Shown here: positions 57,178 to 64,000 of the stretch, piece by piece | How positions within the stretch are numbered: position 1 is the stretch's first letter | Layout of the letters: every line of letters starts with the position of its first letter | Assembly: GCA_020184695.1 (NCBI GenBank) | Contig: JAANOX010000033.1 | Span: 248,001 to 312,000 of the forward strand | DNA length: 64,000 nt | Direction: 5' to 3' | Origin: Histomonas meleagridis 2922-C6/04-290x | Lineage: Eukaryota > Protista > Parabasalia | Program-made: the position numbers and the translations under genes | The notes under the pieces: model-generated | Told to the model about the DNA's origin: nothing | What the model saw: the letters and a program-made list of their open reading frames with translations, nothing else | Databases searched by the model: none

Positions 57178-58684
57178 AATTCGATATCCTTCAGGGAAAT
57201 CAACAAAAGAACTTAAGTTCAAAGTTGCTTCAACAACAAATGGAGCTGTTTTGAGGACATATATTGGGCATCAAATTTCTCAATTTAGGGAAGAATCTTA
57301 TTTACTTCTTTATCAAGATCCCAATGGGCAACTTTCGTTTCTTGATGAATCTAAGCCATTAAGTGAGGTTAGTCAACCTAAAAGTATTCGACTTCATTTA
57401 ATTTTACGTCAATATACAGGCAAAGTCATATTCCCAGATGGAACTTCTAAACACATTCAAATTGATCTTGCTGATCCAATACAAAAAGCTATTGAAAAAA
57501 CATTTCCAAAAAACCATCAAAATCTTATTTTTGCATATCAACCCAAGAGCGATCCGACTCTTTGTAAAATCCTAGCTCGTACTCTTCCACTTATTCTTCA
57601 AGGCTGGTCTAGTGAGCCCCTTTTACTTTTCAAAATCATTGATCTTAATCAATTGTCAAATGATGATCAAACTCTTCTTCAAGATTATTACATCAGTGCC
57701 AAGCTTGCAGCCTCCAGAGGGATTTCTTTATATTCCATGAGCCATTGGGGCACACTATCATTTTTACAATTTATTGCAGATGGCGGAAATCTCCAATCTA
57801 ACAACAAACCAGCCATCACGCACTTTGTTCCTGAGTCCATTCGAACTGATGCCAATGTTACCAAAGCATATAACCAATGTTTAGAACGAAATAGTTCATT
57901 CACATCTTCCCAAGCCAAGCGCAAATTTGTTGAAACAGCTGTTTACAAAGGCGCCATTTATTGTTATTTTGAGAAAATACACTTTCTTTCGATGAAGCGA
58001 AAGTTCAAAATTCCTTCACATCGTTTTATCTATGTCTCATTTAATAGTATTTACATCACTAAACAATACGGCACAATGATATCACGACGAAAGCAACTAT
58101 CGCAAATCAAAGAAATTAATTTGGATGGCGATAATTTAATGATAACATTTAACAACGATGAAAAATGGCGACTAAAGTCCGAAATACCAATTGTCTTAAA
58201 GTCCATTTTAGAAGAACGAATTTCGATGTTACCGAATCTTGATAACTATTCGCAGTCACAAGATAATGAAAGTAATAAAACTGATATAAATATATACGGC
58301 GAAGAAGACGAAGAAACTGATGAACTTATTTCTGATTCGGAGCAAACTGATTTATTTAACATAATAAATCTAAACGAGAAAAGTACTAAGAAAACAGTAC
58401 AAGTTGAGCCTGGAATTTCTTTGCTAATTTGCCCTCCGAAAGATGAAGTTAACGCGCCATATAATGTAAATGATCAAATGTATCGAAACTTGAAAATCGT
58501 TAAGGAATTAGAAATCCCAAATTATGAAATAAATCCAAAAGATAACTTGGATAATGTCCCCGATATTAATTGGATTTCGAATTCCGATGATTTGTTGTCA
58601 GTATCAAAACAACCTGGAAAAACTATTTTTTGCGTAATAGTGATTTTTGTTATTATAATTATCTTAATAAAAAGAAAAAAATAA
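57149..58684 (+). CDS. FERM-like protein with C-terminal transmembrane anchor
   Basis: Two ubiquitin-like segments, a helical F2-like region (WGTLSFLQF...HFVP...AKRKFV), a PH-like region, an acidic linker and a C-terminal TIFCVIVIFVIIIILIKRKK. Confidence 0.5.
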   Translation: MIVSSKKNVKIRYPSGKSTKELKFKVASTTNGAVLRTYIGHQISQFREESYLLLYQDPNGQLSFLDESKPLSEVSQPKSIRLHLILRQYTGKVIFPDGTSKHIQIDLADPIQKAIEKTFPKNHQNLIFAYQPKSDPTLCKILARTLPLILQGWSSEPLLLFKIIDLNQLSNDDQTLLQDYYISAKLAASRGISLYSMSHWGTLSFLQFIADGGNLQSNNKPAITHFVPESIRTDANVTKAYNQCLERNSSFTSSQAKRKFVETAVYKGAIYCYFEKIHFLSMKRKFKIPSHRFIYVSFNSIYITKQYGTMISRRKQLSQIKEINLDGDNLMITFNNDEKWRLKSEIPIVLKSILEERISMLPNLDNYSQSQDNESNKTDINIYGEEDEETDELISDSEQTDLFNIINLNEKSTKKTVQVEPGISLLICPPKDEVNAPYNVNDQMYRNLKIVKELEIPNYEINPKDNLDNVPDINWISNSDDLLSVSKQPGKTIFCVIVIFVIIIILIKRKK

Positions 58685-58764
58685 TTTAATGGTTAATGAA
58701 AAAGTGCCCCGGCGGTTTGCATTTGTCGTTTTTGACTGTCATAACCGTTCTATTTGGCCATTTT

Positions 58765-60222
58765 ATGTCACAGGAAAAAACTCCTGCTCAAAAGACCCAA
58801 GAATACCTCGATAAGTATAGAGTACGTGAAGTAATACAAGAGGCTGTTAATGAACTTATAGAAACTAAGCCCGAAGACGTTCCAGGAGTTCTCGCTTCTC
58901 TCATGAAACGTCGTGCTTTACCGCCAGTTGTTGATCACCTTGTTGGTCGTCAAGTACTCGATTCTCGTGGTAACCCAACTGTTGAAGTCGATGTTTATGC
59001 TAATTATCTTGGTGAAGTTGTATTCGCTGGTCGTTCTTCTGCTCCAAGTGGTGCTTCTACTGGCTCTAATGAAGCACGTGAACTCCGTGACAAAGATTCC
59101 AAGCTTTACTTTGGAAAAGGTACTGTTACAGCTGCATCAAATGTAACAAATATCATTTCACCTGCTCTTAAATCACTTAGCCTTTCATCACTTGGTGACC
59201 TTGATCGAGCTATTTGTCGTCTTGCAGGTTCCGAATTAAAGGAAAAGGTTGGTGGAAATGCTACAACTGCATCTTCATTTGCACTTGCTACAGCAGCTGC
59301 TAACCTTAATGATGAACAACTTTTCCTCTATCTTGCACGTCAATACCATCGTGAGCTTCCTGAAAAGTATCGTTTACCAACACCATTTTGCAATATCCTT
59401 AACGGTGGAAAGCATGCAGGTGGCAAACTCAAGATCCAAGAATTCATGATCTCACCACGCGAAGATTTACCATTCCCAGAACAATTACGTATTGTCACAG
59501 AAATATATCAAAAATTAGGTGTCATACTTTCCAGCGAAAAAGGTGTTTCTGCCAAGAACTTAGGCGATGAAGGAGGTTATGCCCCACCATTAGACACACC
59601 AGAAGAAGCATTGTCATATATCGAACGTGCAATTACTGAATCTGGTTACAAGCCTGGCGAAGATGTCTTTTTGGGCTTAGACGCCGCGGCATCTGAGTTT
59701 TATGACGAAGAGACGAAGTTATATGAAGTCGAAGTTGGCGTTAAGAAGACCGGTGACGAAATGATACAATACTGGAAAGATATGTTAGAACGACACCCAT
59801 CAATCATCTCCATTGAGGATGGCTTACACGAGAAGGACTATAAGACATGGATTAAGATGAACAAAGAAATCGGTGAAAAATGCCAACTTGTCGGCGACGA
59901 TTTATACACAACAAATCCAAAGACTATCCAAAGAGGTCTTAAGGAGAAGTGGTGTAACGCATTGTTACTTAAGGTTAACCAAATCGGTACTATCACTGAG
60001 GCTATGAGAGCCGCGAGAATGGTGTTGGATGAGGGACAAAAGGTTATGGTGTCGCATAGATCTGGCGAAACTTGCAATTCACTCATCTCAGATTTGGCAG
60101 TAGCTATTGGTGCACAATATATAAAGACTGGATCATTGGCACGTGGAGAGAGAATCCAAAAGTACACAAGGCTTCTCCAGATCTATGAGTACTTGAAGGA
60201 AAATGAAATGCTCGATGAGTAA
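58765..60222 (+). CDS. ENO: Enolase with N-terminal RIIa/Dpy-30-like docking extension
   Basis: DSRGNPTVE, PSGASTG, NGGKHAG, QEFMI, GDEGG, LDAAASEF, SIEDG, VGDDL, LLKVNQIG, SHRSGET and IKTG are all intact. N-terminal YLDKYRVREVIQEAVNELIETKPEDV. Confidence 0.95.
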   Translation: MSQEKTPAQKTQEYLDKYRVREVIQEAVNELIETKPEDVPGVLASLMKRRALPPVVDHLVGRQVLDSRGNPTVEVDVYANYLGEVVFAGRSSAPSGASTGSNEARELRDKDSKLYFGKGTVTAASNVTNIISPALKSLSLSSLGDLDRAICRLAGSELKEKVGGNATTASSFALATAAANLNDEQLFLYLARQYHRELPEKYRLPTPFCNILNGGKHAGGKLKIQEFMISPREDLPFPEQLRIVTEIYQKLGVILSSEKGVSAKNLGDEGGYAPPLDTPEEALSYIERAITESGYKPGEDVFLGLDAAASEFYDEETKLYEVEVGVKKTGDEMIQYWKDMLERHPSIISIEDGLHEKDYKTWIKMNKEIGEKCQLVGDDLYTTNPKTIQRGLKEKWCNALLLKVNQIGTITEAMRAARMVLDEGQKVMVSHRSGETCNSLISDLAVAIGAQYIKTGSLARGERIQKYTRLLQIYEYLKENEMLDE

Positions 60223-60510
60223 ATGGATGAGCAGTTAACTAATTCTTGTGTTTTTGCGTTTGGAAAGTTCATTAGAGCGCACTGTGGTAATGTTTGGAGT
60301 CTTTAGAAGGGAACCAAACAAAAAAAAAATTGAATTTGATTTTCGAAATTTAAGTATCAATTCCTGTTTCAAACTTTAAATGAATTTTTCCCTTGAAACA
60401 TGTTACAAAAAGATGTGTATATGTGGTTGGTGCCAATTATTAATTTGTCAGAAATATTTGCAAAAACGGTTTTTTGTTGTCTTTTTTCTTTCATTTCTTT
60501 GATTGCTTTC

Positions 60511-62536
60511 ATGGAAACAAACGGAGGTAATACTCAAAAAACTAACAATTGGTGGGAAAAGGCCATATCAATTAAACAAATAATTTTTGATTTAAACAAA
60601 GAAAATTTTAATCAATCAGTAAAATCAATTATACGAAAATTGGATATAAATTATCCACTCTGTTTTAATAGACTTGTGTGTCATATTATATACATAATAT
60701 TTTCAATAAAAATGGATGATTTTGATATCTATATCAATTTTATGAAAGAAATTCAAGAGTTTGAAGAGAAAACAAAAATCAAATCAAAAATTGTCGATGA
60801 ATTTTTAAATCTTCTTCTTAAAGAGCACACACAAGTATCATATTATCTTCTTGAGTATTTGTTTAGACATAAAATTGCTGATCCGAAAATTATTGGCAGA
60901 GAATATAATGGATATTTTATTCATTACATGAGAAGAGTAAGAGTTCTTCGTCATTTTCGTTCCCCAGCTATGTATCAAATGATTCTAAACATTGATGAAC
61001 TATCAAAGAATGATTGGGAACTTCACAAAAAATTAATTGCTGAAGGTGTTAATCCAAATGAAATTGCAAAAATGATTCGAAATGATGAAATAGAAAAACT
61101 TCAAGAAATATCATCACAAGAAAACTTTGATTTTAATCAGAAAATTGAACAATCGATTTATGAAAGATTTGATATTATTAACCAAGAAAATGTTACATTA
61201 ATTGATTATGCAGCATTTTTTGGATCAATTAAATGTTTTAAATTTTTACTTATGAATGGTGCAAAATTAAAAAACACAGGAAAATATGCAGTCGCAGGTG
61301 GAAATGAAGAAATTATTCATTTATGTGAACAGAATCATTCATCATTTCAAAATGCATATGAAACAGCAATTAAATTCCATAAAAATAATGTCTTTCATTA
61401 TCTTTATGAAAATAAATTAGAAAATGTTGAATTAGAAGAAATAGGAACTAAATGTGTTAGTTATCATAATTATGAAATTTTTTCATTCTTACAAAAAGAA
61501 GGATTGAAAATCAATGATGATATCATTAATGAATCTATAAAAACTAATAATATATTTCTTACAAAATTCTTCTTAGAAGGATCAAATCAAATACCAAAAA
61601 ATGCTTTAATATTTTCATCAACAAACATTGAACTTATTAAATATCTTATAAGACATGATGGTATTGATATTAATGCTAAAAATATTTTTTATGTTTTATT
61701 GATATTTTTCCCATTGTTTCGATATTTTTTAGTAAAATTTGGAAATTATTTAAAATATTTAAAACAGTTCTTATGTTAGCAACTGAAAAAGATGACATAG
61801 AATTAGTTAATTTAATTCTTAGACAAAAAGATATTGATATCAATGTTAAAGATATTCATTTATTTTATTTAATATTTATTTTAATAATTTGAAATTTAAT
61901 TACATTATTTGGCAATTATTTATATTATTTAATACAGCATTAATATTAGCAGTTAAAAAATATTGTATTGAAATACTTAAATTACTTCTTGGACGTAAAG
62001 GAATTGATATTAATGCTCAAGATATTTATATTTATTATTTATAGTTAATTTTATAAATGTTATGTTTCAAAATAATAATTGGTATTTTTTTGTGTTATTT
62101 TACTCTGCACTTATATGGGCATCTTTATGTGATGGTGATGACGCAGAAATTGTTAAATTACTTCTTGGATGTAAAGAAATTGATATTAATGCTAAGAACC
62201 TTTATTTGTTTTCTTTGAAATTTATTTTAATATTTTGAAATTTTTAGATAATACTTGGAAATTATTTAAATTTTATGAAACACCACTTATTTTGGCTTCA
62301 CTAGGTGGTAAAACAAGAATGGTGATATTACTTCTTGAACAAGAAGGAATTGACATTAATGCTAAAGATGTTTATTTATTTTATTTAACATTTATTTTAA
62401 TAATTTAAAATTTCAAAATAATATTTGGAAATTATTTAAAATATTTAAAACAGCACTTATGTATGCAACTGATAATGGTCATGAAGAAATTGTCAAATTA
62501 ATTAACAGAAAAATTAAATGCTTAAAAGACATATAA
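60511..62536 (+). CDS. DUF3447-type ankyrin-repeat protein whose repeat loops are split by twenty 17-nt spacers (561 aa if all removed)
   Basis: Continuous N-terminal ORF to 61683, then stop-free ankyrin blocks 61761-61853, 61931-62023, 62101-62199, 62277-62369 and 62447-62536. 2026 nt - 20x17 = 1686 nt = 562 codons. TCATTT initiator-like motif at 60491. Confidence 0.85.
61684..61760 (+). other. Spacer cluster C1: 4 x 17-nt spacers, codons GAT(61701) GAT(61721) GGA(61741)
   Basis: Rebuilds INAKN-D-D-G-KTVLMLA. Confidence 0.88.
61854..61930 (+). other. Spacer cluster C2: codons AAT(61871) GAA(61891) GGC(61911)
   Basis: Rebuilds INVKD-N-E-G-NTALILA. Confidence 0.9.
62024..62100 (+). other. 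Spacer cluster C3: codons ATA(62041) TAT(62061) GGT(62081)
   Basis: Rebuilds INAQD-I-Y-G-YSALIWA. Confidence 0.88.
62200..62276 (+). other. Spacer cluster C4: codons GAA(62217) GAA(62237) GGA(62257)
   Basis: Rebuilds INAKN-E-E-G-ETPLILA. Confidence 0.9.
62370..62446 (+). other. Spacer cluster C5: codons AAC(62387) AAA(62407) GGA(62427)
   Basis: Rebuilds INAKD-N-K-G-KTALMYA. Confidence 0.9.
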
Positions 62537-64000
62537 GCTATGAAGTAAAATCAAATAAAATTGATTTCTATTATTTTTTGGATTGAGGAAAAACATAAAT
62601 AGAGAAAAAAAATTGAATATTTCACATAATTTAAAGTATTGTAATGACAAAATGAAAATATAACAAAATTCATCAATTTTTTTATGCTTCTATTAAGATT
62701 TTATTTTCTTTGTGTGTCTGTTCATGCTTTTAAATTCTTGTTCATATTATGTGTAAGAATCAATTTGTATTCAACATTCATATCAATTTTATATTTCATC
62801 AAAGATATGCAATTTTATATTTAATAGATTTTCAGTTATTCACGCAAATAAAGTTTTGATTTTACATATATAAATTTTTATTTATGGTTTAAATTATTAA
62901 AATTATAATTGGTAGAAAGCTTTTCACAATGATTATATATTAGCATATTCATATATTTTTATACAAAAAGATATAACATTTTAGGTTTTAAAATATATTA
63001 TTTTTACTAACTTCTAAATTTGATTGAAAAATTTTTCTTCTTTAAAATCTTCTGCAAATCGATCTTCATCATATATATTCAGCAGTTCTTTTTTGAAAAG
63101 AAATAATAACAATAAAAATTCCAAAACATTGGCACAATGTTAAAGTAAGTTCATAATAATTTATATATATATAAAATCAAAGTTTGAAATATGCTTTTTT
63201 TTGTTATAAAAAAGTTTTATAAAAATAAAAAAAAAATTAATAGCATTAAAGAGAATTATTCACTTAATGCAAATGATGCCCACCTGGACGATTTTAGCTT
63301 AAAACCAAGACAAGAAGAATTAATGCTTAAAACTATGCAAATAATGAAAAATCATTAAAAAATGATACACTTGATATTTGGAAATTATACAAATTATAGA
63401 GAGAGCAGTTCCGACGCTAACCGTAAAAAATAAAAATTTAATATCTCATATTATGAGATTAAATAACACAAATTACAAATATGTTAAATGAAAGTCGTCA
63501 TAAGAAATATAAAAAATATAGATTATTATCCATTTTGAGAAAATTGAAATTTTATTAATTTTTTTAAATAAAGAATAATACAAAGTCATGACAATATTTT
63601 CTTTCTCTACATATAAAGGTAAAAACTGTTTAATAATTGAAATTTGGAAATTATTAAAAAGTTTGGAGTTATTTTTCATTTTTTTTAAGAAATACAATTT
63701 AAAATTCTTCAAATTTTTTTTTTATAATTTTATAATTTTATCAAACAAATGCTAGATAATCCATGTTATATGAATAAATAATGATTTATTCTGATAGTTT
63801 TTGAGAAAAAATTGTTTTTATATAGAACATCGTGGTAAAAATAAACGGTCACCAAAACGACAATTGGGGTTCGATGGATCTCTAATTTGAAATTTTGTCT
63901 CATTATTTGCAAAATTCTTTTGGTTATTTCAATTATGCTCCTTTGATTTATTTGTGAGTCCACATAAACAATTGATGAGTAGTATAAAGATATTTATAAA

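Noticed and set aside
61684-62446. Programmed -1/+2 ribosomal frameshift at each repeat: all five 77-nt inserts are stop-free in the downstream frame and show a conserved Trp (e.g. LFILFNIYFNNLKFQNNIWKLFKIF)
   Set aside because: The paralog's inserts (57/97/77/57 nt) need three different shifts, and A1 and A3 contain stops in the downstream frame. The Trp is a by-product of spacer-end T plus the GG of the Gly codon, and only the 17+3 reading restores the ankyrin consensus. Not fully excluded without ribosome profiling.
61684-62446. Conventional GT-AG or U12 AT-AC introns
   Set aside because: No conserved GT/AG or ATATCC/AC ends in a frame-restoring position, and no trichomonad branch/3' motif on either strand.
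61684-62446. CRISPR array or sequencing artefact
   Set aside because: The context is eukaryotic, units are degenerate rather than identical repeats with unique spacers, and no cas genes are present. Exact lengths repeated at nine sites on both strands cannot be random read errors.
63372-63712. Possible further ankyrin/spacer relics (atattt-GGA-aattatacaaattatag near 63380; LYVEKENIV on the minus strand)
   Set aside because: Too degenerate: no intact block and no sustained 20-nt period.
1-64000. tRNA, rRNA, spliceosomal snRNA or transposase/Maverick genes
   Set aside because: No cloverleaf with TTC loop, no rRNA-like GC-rich tract, no U1/U2/U5/U6 signature, and no DDE, integrase or polB motifs recognised by eye. 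A tRNAscan/Infernal run would be needed to be certain.

Overview
AT-rich eukaryotic DNA, most likely a parabasalid (trichomonad-like) protist. This is inferred from the nearly intron-free genes, DUF3447-type ankyrin genes, an R2R3 Myb, TCAY(T)-like initiator and RRCGGTT-like promoter motifs, and stop codons embedded in TAAA. The window holds about 30 protein genes: a partial DOCK GEF, Rac, Rho, Rab, a PP2A-family phosphatase, an NDR kinase, a TRRAP-like giant protein, an acyl-CoA synthetase, an NSUN2-like methylase, a GRIP golgin, meckelin, a CEP131-like protein, an enolase and several bacterial-type genes. It also holds patches of pseudogenes. The key observation is in two ankyrin genes (60511-62536 + and 42229-44070 -), with a decayed third copy near 39824-39896. 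In each gene the ankyrin beta-hairpin loop is broken into single codons separated by exactly 17-nt T-rich spacers, giving a 20-nt period, and the spacers have no GT-AG ends. Removing every 17-mer (20 in one gene, 15 in the other) restores one long ORF per gene. In the first gene this rebuilds textbook D-x-x-G-x-T loops such as KD-NEG-NTAL and KD-NKG-KTAL. This points to an undescribed non-canonical micro-intron/micro-exon, editing or bypass system. No transcript data are available here, so the mechanism is inference.
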